Assembly: GCA_032128115.1 (NCBI GenBank)
Contig: JAQBHB010000018.1
Span: forward strand, 16,681-80,680
DNA length: 64,000 bases
Direction: 5' to 3'
From: Deltaproteobacteria bacterium
Lineage (GTDB): Bacteria > Myxococcota_A > UBA9160 > SMWR01
How positions within the stretch are numbered: the first letter of the stretch is position 1; every line of letters begins with the position of its first letter. Shown piece after piece: positions 1-9,206 of this stretch. The notes beneath the pieces are model-generated. The model did not search any database. It had not been told where the DNA came from and worked only from the letters and a program-made list of their open reading frames with translations. The position numbers and the translations under genes were made by a program.

Positions 1-317
1 GGCTCTTCGGGGGCGACACCCAGGCGCCGGCGCGCGTCGATCACCTGCACGATCTCTCCGCGCAGGGAGATCACGCCGCGCACGTCTGCAGACACCCGGG
101 GAACCGGCGTGATCGGTCCGAGCCGCACGATCTCGCACACGCGCTCCACGGGCACCGCGTAGGGCGTTCCCTCGATCTGGAACACCAGCAGCGGCCGCAG
201 CCGCTCGAGCTCCGTCACCGGATCGGGACGCTCCAGGGCCTCGCGCGCCAGCCGCTCCCAGCGGGGCCGCTCGGCAGCCTCGAAGCTCTCGCCAGCGTGA
301 CCGGGGATCTCGCTCAC
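1..317 (-). CDS. cheW: CheW-like chemotaxis coupling protein (N-terminal part; gene runs off the window start)
   Basis: Not in the ORF track because it is truncated at the edge. My minus-strand translation from GTG at 315-317 gives VSEIPGHAGESFEAAERPRWERLAREALERPDPVTELERLRPLLVFQIEGTPYAVPVERVCEIVRLGPITPVPRVSADVRGVISLRGEIVQVIDARRRLGV, a CheW-like domain. GTGA overlap with the cheA stop at 314-316. Confidence 0.75.
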   Translation of the reverse strand, partial: MSEIPGHAGESFEAAERPRWERLAREALERPDPVTELERLRPLLVFQIEGTPYAVPVERVCEIVRLGPITPVPRVSADVRGVISLRGEIVQVIDARRRLGVAPEE

Positions 318-2380
318 GCCGCCTCCAGCCCGCGACCCGCGTCTTCCACCAGCGCGGCCACGTCGATCACCAGCACCGGGTTCCGGTCGCCCACCTCGGT
401 GGCGCCGGCAATTCCACGGATCGATTGCACGGGGCCCTGGATCGGCTTGATCACGGTGTCCCGCTGGCCGTCCAGGCGGTCCACCAGGAGCCCCAACCGG
501 TGATCGCCGACTCCCACCACCACCACGAACGATTTGGTGTCGCGATCGGTCACCGGAAGCCCGAGTTCGCTGGCCAGGCGTCGCAGCGGCAGGGCCTCGC
601 CCCGCAGGTTCAGGAGCTCCCGGTCCTGACTGCGCTGGATCTCGCACGCGTCCACGAGCAGGATCTCCTGCACCGCGTTCAAGGGCACGGCGAAGCGCTG
701 ATCGTTCACAACCACCAGCAGCGACTGGATGATGGCCAGCGTGATCGGCATGGTCATGCTGAGCGCAGTTCCCTGGCCCGGCACCGAGCGCACGTCCACC
801 ACGCCTCCCAGGGCGGTCACGTTGGTGCGCACCACGTCCATGCCCACGCCGCGCCCGCTGGTGTCGGTCACCTGGGAGCGCGTGGAGATGCCGGGCGCGA
901 ACATCAGGTCGAAAGTCTCCTGGGCGCCCAGCTTCGCACCGCGATCGACCAGGCCGAGCGCCTCGGCTCGGCTGCGCAGGGCGACGGCGTCGATTCCCGC
1001 GCCATCGTCGCGCACCCGGATCACCACGTGATTCCCGCGCTGGAAGGCCTCGATCTCGATCAACCCTTCTGCGTCCTTCCCGGCGGAGAGGCGCACTTCG
1101 GGCGACTCGATGCCGTGGTCCATTGCATTGCGCACCACGTGCATGAGCGGGTCCACGAGATCTTCCGCGATCAGCTTGTCGAGCTCGGTGTCGCCGCCCC
1201 GCATCTCCAGTCGCACATCCCGGTTCAGGTTGCGCTTGAGGCCTCGCACCACCCGCGACAGCTTGTCGAAGACCTGGCTCAGCGGAACCATGCGCACGTC
1301 CAGGACGGCGGCCTGGAGCTCCTTGAGCTTCCGCTCCAGGGACTGGTGGGCCTTGGCGAAATCAGCCGCAATGCGCACCGTGGCGGGCTCTGCCCGTAGC
1401 GCGCCGATCAGATCGCCGAAGGTCCTCCGCCCGATCATCAGCTCGCCCACCAGGTTCATCAGTTCGTCGAGCTTCGCCACGTCCACCCGGACCGTGTCGC
1501 TGATGGACTTGAGCGAGGTGGTCACCACCAGTTCGCCCGCGTGTTGCACCGGGGCCACAGCCGCCAGGTCGGCATCCGACTCCGGATCCGTGCCCGATTC
1601 GGGCTTCGGGGTCGCCGGCTCGGGCCGCAGCACGCGCAACGCGCCGCCCGCCGATTTCACGTGAGCGGCCACCTGTTGAAGGGACAGAGGCGACGCGGAC
1701 AGCAACGAGAAGCGGATCTGGGCCTCGGGCGATTTGCCCGGCGCCGGCAGCGTCGAGATCACCTCGCCGATGGATCGGATCGACTCGGTGAGATCCGTGA
1801 GCCCCTGCTCGAACGACATCAGGGAAAAACCCGCTTCCACCACGAAGAGCTGATACCCGCGGCGGAGGTTCTCGCGCAGGCGATGCTCCTCGTACTCGGT
1901 GAGCGCACGGATCAGCGCGGGAGAAAGACCCAGGCTCCCGAGCTCATCGGGCGAGGCCCCGCCGCCGGGAGCAACCGACGCAATCCGGGCCGACAGCTCC
2001 CTGATCCTGTCGCCTACGGCCGCCAGGTCTTCGGGGCTTCCCACCCGCGCAAGCAGTGCCGCGAATACGCCCACCGCCTCTTCGATCAGCTCGAGGCTGT
2101 CGCTGTCGAAGCGAACCCGGCCCAGGCGCAGGGCGTCCAGGAGGTCCTCCAGCTGGTGCGCCAGATATCGGATCGGATCGAATTCGAAAAGACCGGCCAG
2201 CGCCTTCAGGGAATGCGCCGAACGGAACAGGCGGTTGACGCCGTCCGGATCCACCTCGTCGCCGGCCGCCAGTTGCTCGCCGACACCGGCCAGATCGTCG
2301 CGCATGCGCTCGACGATCTCCTCGGCCTCAGAGACGAACTCGCGGTCCCTTCGGGTGGATCTCCGTCGTCGTTTGGCCAA
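314..2380 (-). CDS. cheA: Chemotaxis histidine kinase CheA
   Basis: 688-aa ORF. HPt region (RLFRSAHSLKALAGLFEF), kinase core (DPLMHVVRNAMDHGIE, VRDDGAGID, SGRGVGMDVV) and a C-terminal CheW-like domain (FAVPLNAVQEILLV...GDRNPVLVIDV). TTG start is only the first possible start; the exact start is uncertain. Confidence 0.9.
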   Translation of the reverse strand: MAKRRRRSTRRDREFVSEAEEIVERMRDDLAGVGEQLAAGDEVDPDGVNRLFRSAHSLKALAGLFEFDPIRYLAHQLEDLLDALRLGRVRFDSDSLELIEEAVGVFAALLARVGSPEDLAAVGDRIRELSARIASVAPGGGASPDELGSLGLSPALIRALTEYEEHRLRENLRRGYQLFVVEAGFSLMSFEQGLTDLTESIRSIGEVISTLPAPGKSPEAQIRFSLLSASPLSLQQVAAHVKSAGGALRVLRPEPATPKPESGTDPESDADLAAVAPVQHAGELVVTTSLKSISDTVRVDVAKLDELMNLVGELMIGRRTFGDLIGALRAEPATVRIAADFAKAHQSLERKLKELQAAVLDVRMVPLSQVFDKLSRVVRGLKRNLNRDVRLEMRGGDTELDKLIAEDLVDPLMHVVRNAMDHGIESPEVRLSAGKDAEGLIEIEAFQRGNHVVIRVRDDGAGIDAVALRSRAEALGLVDRGAKLGAQETFDLMFAPGISTRSQVTDTSGRGVGMDVVRTNVTALGGVVDVRSVPGQGTALSMTMPITLAIIQSLLVVVNDQRFAVPLNAVQEILLVDACEIQRSQDRELLNLRGEALPLRRLASELGLPVTDRDTKSFVVVVGVGDHRLGLLVDRLDGQRDTVIKPIQGPVQSIRGIAGATEVGDRNPVLVIDVAALVEDAGRGLEAA

Positions 2381-2386
2381 GGTGCA

Positions 2387-2565
2387 CTACTCCGCGTCGG
2401 CGCCCGGGCCCAGACCCTTCTCGCGATCGCGATGCGAGCTTTCGGTCGAGACGATCACCAGCGGGATCGTCCGGTAGGCCAGGTTTTTCTTCACGAACGC
2501 CACCAGCTCGAGGCCAGCATGGACCGCATCGTCGCGGAGTCCTCCACGATCAGGATTCGGTGCAC
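2387..2565 (-). pseudogene. cheY: Fragmented CheY-like receiver: N-terminal and central pieces lie in different frames, and the phospho-acceptor region and C-terminal helix are missing
   Basis: GGGAGGGG RBS, then GTG at 2563-2565 gives VHRILIVEDSATMRSMLASSWWRS-stop (2491-2565). A second frame (ORF track 2387-2578) reads ...GLELVAFVKKNLAYRTIPLVIVSTESSHRDREKGLGPGADAE-stop. Together these resemble receiver beta1/alpha1 plus the segment after the acceptor Asp, but only about 60 codons are present where a receiver has about 120. Confidence 0.55.
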
Positions 2566-2720
2566 GCTCCCCTCCCAAGGGCCGGACGGAATCGGATTCC
2601 CGGCCTTCTGATCCTATCGGTCGCTGGAACGCTTTCTTGAGGTGGACTGGGCACTTCCGGGCGTTTCCCGCGCATCGCTTCGGGCCCGCCCCGCGCGCCG
2701 CGCAGACGCCGCGCGGCGGG

Positions 2721-3755
2721 CTACGCGCCCCCGGCCCAGGGCTTCACGGCCTTGCGAAGCGCCTGGGAAGCCGCCTCGCGGCAGCTGACCCCCAGGGACT
2801 TCGAGGCCGGGCGCACGACCACCCCCGCCACCCCGTCGCTGGCCTGTGGGGCCTCGCTGGCCTCTTCGTGCATGAGCAGGATCGGCATGCGAGGCGCCTG
2901 GGTGTGCAGGCGAGCCACCAGCTCACCCAGATCCCCTCCATCGGGCAGCTCCGGTGGAGTCGCCACCGCCAGCAGCACCAGCGGGATCTCGCCGCGCAAC
3001 AGGTATTGCCGGATGCGTGCGACCCCCCCGTCCGCCCGCTGGAAGATGTGCACGCGCGCGAACAGGTCGCCCATCACCGTCTTGATCCACTCGAGAGCAT
3101 CCAGGTCCGGGTCGATGGCGATCAGGCTCGCGCAGCCAGGGGCCGGGGCCGTGTCTTGCTTCGGGTCGCTCTCCCCCGCGGAGATTTCGTCGGGCGTGCC
3201 GTCGTCGGAAACCTCCGAGCCCAGATCCTCGGATCCGGAGAACTCCAGGTCGTCCTCCGACTCGCGGCTGCCCTCGTCGGTCAGACGCGCGGCCTCCATG
3301 GCCAGATGCTGGATGTTGATACCGCCGGGCAGCAGGAAGTCCCGGTCCCGTTGCTCCATCTCCTCGCGCACGTCGAAGCTGAATTCTCCGGAGCGCCACG
3401 CGAACATGCGGATCACGGACTCTTCCACGTGCTGCTGGCGAATTTCGAGCAGATGCTCGGCCGCGAGATCCGTGCTCTCGGTCAGCACCTCATCGAGGGA
3501 GCACGCGCGCTCGCGCGCCAGTTCGGCTGCGGCCTTGAACTCAGCCTCGCTCACATGGCCGCCCGCCGTCAGCAGCCCGCGCAGATCCTCGGCGCCGCCC
3601 TTGGCCCACGCGGAGCGCACGAGTCCGTCGCGAAACACGATCCGGCCCTCGCCGACGTCGGTTCGTAGCAGGAGCATTCCGGACTTCCGGGCGAGACTCA
3701 CAATCTGGAGGATGTCCCCGAGACCCAGGTCTTCGAGGCTTCCTACGAGACTCAT
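2721..3755 (-). CDS. DUF4388 domain protein with a C-terminal receiver-like domain
   Basis: N-terminus MSLVGSLEDLGLGDILQIVSLARKSGMLLLRTDVGEGRIVFRDG matches the DUF4388 signature. The acidic middle is followed by a REC-like fold (SLIAIDPDLDA...PLVLLAVATP...MPILLMHEE). Confidence 0.7.
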   Translation of the reverse strand: MSLVGSLEDLGLGDILQIVSLARKSGMLLLRTDVGEGRIVFRDGLVRSAWAKGGAEDLRGLLTAGGHVSEAEFKAAAELARERACSLDEVLTESTDLAAEHLLEIRQQHVEESVIRMFAWRSGEFSFDVREEMEQRDRDFLLPGGINIQHLAMEAARLTDEGSRESEDDLEFSGSEDLGSEVSDDGTPDEISAGESDPKQDTAPAPGCASLIAIDPDLDALEWIKTVMGDLFARVHIFQRADGGVARIRQYLLRGEIPLVLLAVATPPELPDGGDLGELVARLHTQAPRMPILLMHEEASEAPQASDGVAGVVVRPASKSLGVSCREAASQALRKAVKPWAGGA

Positions 3756-3884
3756 CCTGCTCTCCGCAGGGCCGCGGGCACCCCGATGGGGGTCGGCGGC
3801 TTCCCCTCCTACCCACGCTGCAAGAGCAGCGGCCGGCCCGGATTTCGGGCCGATAGGGAAAAGATCGGCGAGCGAGGAGTTTCC

Positions 3885-4520
3885 TTAAGAAGCTGCGGTG
3901 GGATGCGGGCCGCGGTCGGGTCGCGAGCCGTCCGGACGCAGCACCACAGCCGGCGGCAGGCGAACGGCAACGGACGACGGAATCCCGCGCGGCCGCGCGT
4001 TTCTCAGGGCCTTCCCCATGCGATCCGCCTGATCGCGGGGTGCCACCAACCGGAGCCTCATCTCGGCCCCGCCGCTCGCAAGGCTCGCAAGCGCCCGGGC
4101 TGCGCCTGCCACCAGCGCCTCCACGCGCTGCAGCACGGCGTAGTCGCTGGTGTTCCGGCCCAGATCCGGCACGGACAGGGCGAGGACGCTCGCCCCCAGG
4201 TGAAAGCCCCGCTCCACGGCGTCGCGGGCGGTGACCTCCCAGTCGTCGCTGCTGAACTCGGCACGCTCGCCCAGGCCCACGGCCACCAGCAGGGGTGCAC
4301 GCAGACCGCCCCGCGTGGGCATGAGCAGCGCCTCGCCGCGCAGGCCTTCCACCTCGCCCGCGGCCAGCAGCTGCGAGAGTCGCCCGCAGATGCGCCAGTC
4401 GGCACGCCCCGCGCTGCCACGCAGGGGTCGTTCCTCCCGGAAGAAGGTCACGACGGCCACGTCCGCGCCGGTCCGCTCGATGGGTCCGGGATCGAGATCG
4501 ATGGTGAGGGTCGCGCTCAC
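3885..4520 (-). CDS. Hypothetical protein resembling the N-terminal (non-catalytic) domain of M17 leucyl aminopeptidases
   Basis: 211-aa ORF. 4-nt overlap with the nusB stop, so it appears co-transcribed. Pattern ADVAVVTFFREERPLRGSAGRADWRICGRLSQLLAAGEVEGLRGEALLMP...LLVAVGLGE resembles Peptidase_M17_N. No catalytic domain is present. Confidence 0.4.
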   Translation of the reverse strand: MSATLTIDLDPGPIERTGADVAVVTFFREERPLRGSAGRADWRICGRLSQLLAAGEVEGLRGEALLMPTRGGLRAPLLVAVGLGERAEFSSDDWEVTARDAVERGFHLGASVLALSVPDLGRNTSDYAVLQRVEALVAGAARALASLASGGAEMRLRLVAPRDQADRMGKALRNARPRGIPSSVAVRLPPAVVLRPDGSRPDRGPHPTAAS

Positions 4521-4972
4521 GAAGCCTCCCGCGGTTGGCGACCCGGGTCGCGAACCTCCCGCCCCACGGCATCCAGCACCCCGTTGACGAAGCCGGGTGA
4601 CGCATCGGAACCGAAGCGACGCGCCAGTTCGATGGCCTCGTCCAGAACCACCGAGACCGGCGTGTCGGTCCGTGTGAGTTCATAGCAGGCGAGCCGCAGG
4701 ATGTTGCGGTCCACAGCGGCCATGCGCGAGAGGCGCCAGTTGCGGGCGTGCACCGCAAGCAGTGTGTCGAGCTGCGGACACACATCGACGGTTCCGCACA
4801 CCAGGGCCTTGGCGAACGCGTGGGCGTCGGAGGGCAGGTCGAAGTGGGCCGCGACTCGCGCGAAGGCCTCCTCGGCCGAAGGCACCGGATCCCCAGCCAG
4901 ATCGATGGCGTAGAGCACCTGAAGCGCCACCTGCCGCGAGTGGTGGCGCGCTTCGGCGCGGCGACGGCTCAC
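4517..4972 (-). CDS. nusB: Transcription antitermination factor NusB
   Basis: SRQVALQVLYAIDL...NWRLSRMAAVDRNILRLACYELT...PVSVVLDEAIELARRFGSDASPGFVNGVLD. Follows ribH, as in many bacteria. Confidence 0.9.
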   Translation of the reverse strand: MSRRRAEARHHSRQVALQVLYAIDLAGDPVPSAEEAFARVAAHFDLPSDAHAFAKALVCGTVDVCPQLDTLLAVHARNWRLSRMAAVDRNILRLACYELTRTDTPVSVVLDEAIELARRFGSDASPGFVNGVLDAVGREVRDPGRQPREAS

Positions 4973-5463
4973 GCCCGGCCCTCCCCTTCCGTGGGCTCGC
5001 CCTCGAGTTGCGGTGCGAGCCGGGCCATCTCGATGGCCACGGCCGCGGCCTCTTCACCCTTGTGTCCGTGGCTCCCGCCGGCGCGGTCCAGCGCCTGGTC
5101 CACGTCATCGGTGGTGAGCACGCCGAACGCGATGGGCACTCCCGTATCGCGAATCACTTCCCGAATTCCATCGGTGACGCCCCGACACACGTAATCGAAA
5201 TGCGGCGTGTGGCCGCGGATCACGGCTCCGAGCACCGCGATGGCGTGGTAGCGGCCACTCCCGGCCAGGGCCCGGGCCGCCAACGGAATCTCGAAAGCCC
5301 CGGGAACCCAGGCCACGTGGATGTCGTCGCCCCGCACCCCCCGCTTCTCGAACTCCGCGGTGCAACCCTCGAGCAGGCGAGCCGACACCATGTGGTTGAA
5401 GCGCGACACCACCACCGCCAAGCGCAGCCCCGCGCCGTCGTTCGAGCTCTCGTAGCGTTTCAT
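4969..5463 (-). CDS. ribH: 6,7-dimethyl-8-ribityllumazine synthase
   Basis: LRLAVVVSRFNHMVSARLLEG...VAWVPGAFEIPLAARALA...AIAVLGAVIRGHTPHFDYVCRGVTDG...GVPIAFGVLTTD. Confidence 0.92.
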   Translation of the reverse strand: MKRYESSNDGAGLRLAVVVSRFNHMVSARLLEGCTAEFEKRGVRGDDIHVAWVPGAFEIPLAARALAGSGRYHAIAVLGAVIRGHTPHFDYVCRGVTDGIREVIRDTGVPIAFGVLTTDDVDQALDRAGGSHGHKGEEAAAVAIEMARLAPQLEGEPTEGEGRA

Positions 5464-6638
5464 GATCGCTTTCCACTCCGGCGCGTGCCGCGGCCCGCTG
5501 CCCGCGTCCCGACGGAGCTTCGCCGTTCAGACGCCCTGCCCGCAACCCGCCCCCACAGGTGCAGGTCGGTACCCACTCGCCGGATCTGCACATCGCGCAG
5601 CTCGGGCCCCCCGGAGAGCTTCGCCACACCCAGGGCACCCAGAGCTGCGCGTGCGTCGCCGCCCAGGATCTTCGGGGCAGCAAACCAGTGCAGCTCGTCC
5701 ACCAGGCCGGCGCGAAGCAACGCCGCCGCCAGCTCGCCGCCACCCTCCACCAACAGCTCGGTCAGACCCTCGCGCGCCAGGATCCGCGCCGCGCGGCGCA
5801 GGTCCAGATGGCCGTCGCGCTCGGGGATCTCGAGCAGACGCGCACCCGTCGCGGCCACCGCCCGACGCCGGGTGGCGGGCGCCCGCTGGGAGCACAGCAC
5901 CCAGGCCCCCTCACCGCCCCGGTACAGTCGCGCCTCGGGAGACACACGCAGGCGAGAATCCACGAGCACACGAACCGGACGGTGGATCACGCGGCCCCCG
6001 CGTCGGGCGGTCAGTGCCGGGTCGTCGGCCCGCGCGGTCCCGGAGCCCACGACGACGGCGTCCGCGCGGGAGCGCAGGGCGTGCACCCGCTCCCGGGCCG
6101 CCGCCCCGGTGATCCAGCGCGACTCGCCCGAGGCGGTGGCAATGCGCCCGTCCAGCGTGCTCGCCAGCTTCAGCGCCACGAAGGGACGGCCGCGCCCACA
6201 CACCGAGAGGAAGCCCCGATGCTGCTCGCGGCACTCGGCCTCGAGCACCCCGACCTGGACCTGAACGCCGCCGCGGCGAAGGCGGCGCACCCCGCGTCCG
6301 GATACGGCCGGGTGCGGATCGCCGTGCCCGACGAATACGCGGCGCACGCCGGCCGCCACCACCTGGTCGGCGCAAGGACCGGTGCGGCCCACGTGGTCAC
6401 AGGGCTCGAGGGTCACGGCCAGCGAAGCGCCCCGCAGCCGGCCGGCGCCGTGACGACGCAGTGCCACGCCCAGGGCAACCACTTCAGCGTGGGGTCCGCC
6501 GGCCGGGCGCGTAAAGCCCGCGCCAAGCACCCGGTCGCCCCGGAAGATCACGGCGCCCACGGCCGGGTTCGGGTGACAGTGGCCCCGGGCCCGCCGGGCC
6601 TGGGCCAGCGCGAGCCGCATCGCGGCCTCGGGGGTCAT
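5460..6638 (-). CDS. ribD: Bifunctional riboflavin biosynthesis protein RibD (pyrimidine deaminase/uracil reductase)
   Basis: PNPAVGAVIF...GGPHAEVVAL...TLEPCDHVGRTGPCADQV (CMP/dCMP deaminase zinc motif), followed by the RibD_C reductase half (VALKLASTLDGRIA). Confidence 0.9.
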   Translation of the reverse strand: MTPEAAMRLALAQARRARGHCHPNPAVGAVIFRGDRVLGAGFTRPAGGPHAEVVALGVALRRHGAGRLRGASLAVTLEPCDHVGRTGPCADQVVAAGVRRVFVGHGDPHPAVSGRGVRRLRRGGVQVQVGVLEAECREQHRGFLSVCGRGRPFVALKLASTLDGRIATASGESRWITGAAARERVHALRSRADAVVVGSGTARADDPALTARRGGRVIHRPVRVLVDSRLRVSPEARLYRGGEGAWVLCSQRAPATRRRAVAATGARLLEIPERDGHLDLRRAARILAREGLTELLVEGGGELAAALLRAGLVDELHWFAAPKILGGDARAALGALGVAKLSGGPELRDVQIRRVGTDLHLWGRVAGRASERRSSVGTRAAGRGTRRSGKRS

Positions 6639-7111
6639 TGATCGGAGCCGGAGGTCCGCTGCAGCGCCTTCATCGACGCAAAGAACCGGGTGTAGTCGTC
6701 GGCCCCCTGGAAGTTCAGGAACACCGACGCGAAGCGCGCTGCCGCCATCGGATCCAGCTTCACCAGGCCGTCCATGATCCGCTCTCCGATCATGCGGCTG
6801 GTGACCTCTTTCTCGCCCAGCTCCTGCACGTGCCGCTCCACCCGATCCAACAGACGCTCCAGATCGTCGGCGCTCACGGGACGCTTCTCACATGCCTTCT
6901 GTACCGCCGTGATCAGCTTCTCGCGCTGGTATTCCTCGCGACGCTCGTCGCGCTTGACGATCTTGGGCAGCACGCCGTTGACGCGTTCGCGGGTCGTGAA
7001 GCGACGGCCGCACTCGACACACTCGCGGCGCCGTCGGATTTCGCTGCCGTCCCGGCCCAGGCGCGAGTCGATCACCCGATTGGTGGCATCGGCACAGTAG
7101 GGACAACGCAC
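6635..7111 (-). CDS. nrdR: Transcriptional repressor NrdR
   Basis: MRCPYCADATNRVIDSRLGRDGSEIRRRRECVECGRRFTTRERV zinc ribbon plus an ATP-cone. Confidence 0.92.
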   Translation of the reverse strand: MRCPYCADATNRVIDSRLGRDGSEIRRRRECVECGRRFTTRERVNGVLPKIVKRDERREEYQREKLITAVQKACEKRPVSADDLERLLDRVERHVQELGEKEVTSRMIGERIMDGLVKLDPMAAARFASVFLNFQGADDYTRFFASMKALQRTSGSDQ

Positions 7112-7114
7112 GAT

Positions 7115-8875
7115 TCAGGAACGGTCGTCCCAGCGGTCCGGATACAGGGGAAAGCGCCGGCACAGCGCCTCCACCTCGGCGCGGATGACGTCGAGTTCGT
7201 CCACGTCGCCGGGCCTCTCCAGCACACGCACGATCATCTGGGCGATCTCGCCCATCTCCGGCTCGCGCATGCCCCGGGTGGTGACCGCCGGCGTTCCGAT
7301 TCGCACGCCGCTGGTGACGGTCGGCTTTCGCGGATCGAAGGGAACCATGTTCTTGTTGGCTGTGATGCCCGCGCGCTCCAACGAGATCTGCGCGGCCTTG
7401 CCGGTGGTATCCCGCCCCACGAGGGACAGCAGGAACAGGTGCGTGTCGGTACCGCCCGACACCACCTTGTGGCCCGCCTCCGCGAGGCCAGCGGCCAGGC
7501 TGCTGGCGTTGGCCAGCACCTGGGCGCAGTACTCCCGGAACGAGGGGGCCAGCGCCTCGCGGAACGCCACGGCCTTGGCGGCGATGATGTGCATCAGGGG
7601 CCCGCCCTGGCCGCCCGGGAAGACCGCGCTGTCGATCCTCCGGGCGAATTCGGAATCACATAGGATCAACCCGCCGCGCGGGCCGCGCAGGGTCTTGTGG
7701 CTCGTAGAAGAGACCACGTGGGCGTGACCCACCGGGCTCGGATGCAGCCCCGTGGCCACGAAGCCCGCGATGTGGGCGATGTCGGCGAACAGCAGCGCGC
7801 CCACCTCGTCGGCCACCGAACGGAACGCCTCGAAGTCCAGCGTGCGCGAGTAGGCTGTGGTTCCGCACTGGATGAGCTTCGGACGCTGCTCCCGCGCCAG
7901 GCGCCGGACCTCCTCCATGTCGATCCGCTCGGTCTCCCGATCGACCCCATAGGGAACCATGTTGTAGAGCTTCCCGGAGAAGTTCACCGGGCTTCCGTGG
8001 GTCAGGTGCCCGCCGTGGTCCAGGTTCATCGCCAGCACCGTGTCACCCACCTCGAGGAGGGCGCGGTAGACGGCCTCGTTGGTCTGGGACCCCGAGTGGG
8101 GCTGGACGTTCGCGTGCTGGGCCCCGAACAGCTCTACAGCGCGCTCGATCGCGAGCGTCTCCACTTCGTCGACGATCTCGCAGCCCCCGTAGTAGCGGCG
8201 TCCGGGATAGCCCTCGGCGTACTTGTTCGTGAGCACCGTGCCGGCCGCTTCGAGGACCGCGTCGGAGACGAAATTCTCCGATGCAATCAGCTCCAGGCTG
8301 AGCGCCTGGCGCCTGGCCTCGAGGCCCACCAGGCGGGCGATGTCCGGATCGACCTCCGAAAGACGCGGCCCGCGGCGGGCGGATGCCGTCAACGAGTCGA
8401 TCATCCGGATCCGACGCTCGTGGCGGCCCGCGTCGAAGCCGGTCTCGAGCCACGCCTCGACGATGGGCCAGGCGGCGCTCACATCGACCCGATCGGCGGC
8501 CAGGGCCAACACGTTGGCGTCGTTGTGCCGGCGGGCCATCTCGGCCGTCTCCGGGTCGTGCACCAGCGCGGCGCGCACCCCGGGGAATCGGTTGGCCGTG
8601 TACGTCACGCCCAGGCCCGAGCCGCAGATCACGATGGCCCGTTCGGCGGTCCCGTCCGCCACGGCGCGGGCAGCCCTGGCCGCGAATTCGGGATAGTCCA
8701 CCGGCTCGGAGCCCTGGGTTCCGTAGTCCTCGACGGCGTACCCCTCGCCTTCCAGGCGCTTGCGCAGGCCCTCCTTCAGGCCCGCACCCCGGTGATCACT
8801 GGCCATCACGATCGGGCGAGCCGATCGCGTGGATTCGGGGTTGGCTGCGGACACCGGGCTGCTGCGGGGCTTCAC
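7115..8875 (-). CDS. glyA: Fusion protein: ribose-5-phosphate isomerase B (N-terminal) and serine hydroxymethyltransferase (C-terminal)
   Basis: Single uninterrupted 586-aa ORF. Residues ~20-165 are RpiB/LacAB-like ([16 protein letters not shown]...[25 protein letters not shown]...ANVLALA). The remainder is SHMT ([40 protein letters not shown]...[14 protein letters not shown]). Confidence 0.85.
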   Translation of the reverse strand: MKPRSSPVSAANPESTRSARPIVMASDHRGAGLKEGLRKRLEGEGYAVEDYGTQGSEPVDYPEFAARAARAVADGTAERAIVICGSGLGVTYTANRFPGVRAALVHDPETAEMARRHNDANVLALAADRVDVSAAWPIVEAWLETGFDAGRHERRIRMIDSLTASARRGPRLSEVDPDIARLVGLEARRQALSLELIASENFVSDAVLEAAGTVLTNKYAEGYPGRRYYGGCEIVDEVETLAIERAVELFGAQHANVQPHSGSQTNEAVYRALLEVGDTVLAMNLDHGGHLTHGSPVNFSGKLYNMVPYGVDRETERIDMEEVRRLAREQRPKLIQCGTTAYSRTLDFEAFRSVADEVGALLFADIAHIAGFVATGLHPSPVGHAHVVSSTSHKTLRGPRGGLILCDSEFARRIDSAVFPGGQGGPLMHIIAAKAVAFREALAPSFREYCAQVLANASSLAAGLAEAGHKVVSGGTDTHLFLLSLVGRDTTGKAAQISLERAGITANKNMVPFDPRKPTVTSGVRIGTPAVTTRGMREPEMGEIAQMIVRVLERPGDVDELDVIRAEVEALCRRFPLYPDRWDDRS

Positions 8876-8919
8876 GGGGGGGCTCCTTCAAAATGCCAGG
8901 GTCTGGTGTAGCGACGACC

Positions 8920-9165
8920 TCATTGGCGGCTGTGTTCCTGGATGTAGGCGATGGCATCCGCAATGGTCTGGATCTTCTCCGCATCATCGTCGGGAATCTC
9001 GATGTCGAACTGATCCTCGAGCTGCATCACGAGTTCGACGATGTCCAGGGAGTCGGCTCCCAGGTCATCGACGAACGCAGCCTCGGGGATGGCATCCTCG
9101 CGGCTCACCCCCAGCTGTTGAACCACCAGATCGCAGACACGGTCGCGGAAACTCACGATCGACAC
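8920..9165 (-). CDS. acpP: Acyl carrier protein
   Basis: 81 aa with the phosphopantetheine attachment motif [17 protein letters not shown]. Confidence 0.92.
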   Translation of the reverse strand: MSIVSFRDRVCDLVVQQLGVSREDAIPEAAFVDDLGADSLDIVELVMQLEDQFDIEIPDDDAEKIQTIADAIAYIQEHSRQ

Positions 9166-9206
9166 CTCCCGAAGCGACTCAGCACAGGAAACTCCCGGGC
9201 GCGCCC

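Noticed and set aside
2613-2640. A sigma-28 (FliA)-like element on the minus strand upstream of the cheY fragment: TCAA-N15-ACCGATAG versus consensus TAAA-N15-GCCGATAA.
   Set aside because: It is only a partial match. No flagellar genes are in the window, and the inferred lineage is typically non-flagellated. It cannot be supported without a genome-wide motif model.
2684-2721. A GC-rich imperfect hairpin (GCCCGCC...GGCGGGC) immediately after the stop of the DUF4388 gene.
   Set aside because: The stem is interrupted and no U-tract follows. In this base composition such palindromes are common, so I did not call it a terminator.
5460-6638. ribD followed directly by ribH, with no ribE or ribBA in between, considered as a possible gene loss.
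   Set aside because: Riboflavin genes are often dispersed. Their absence from this window says nothing about the genome.
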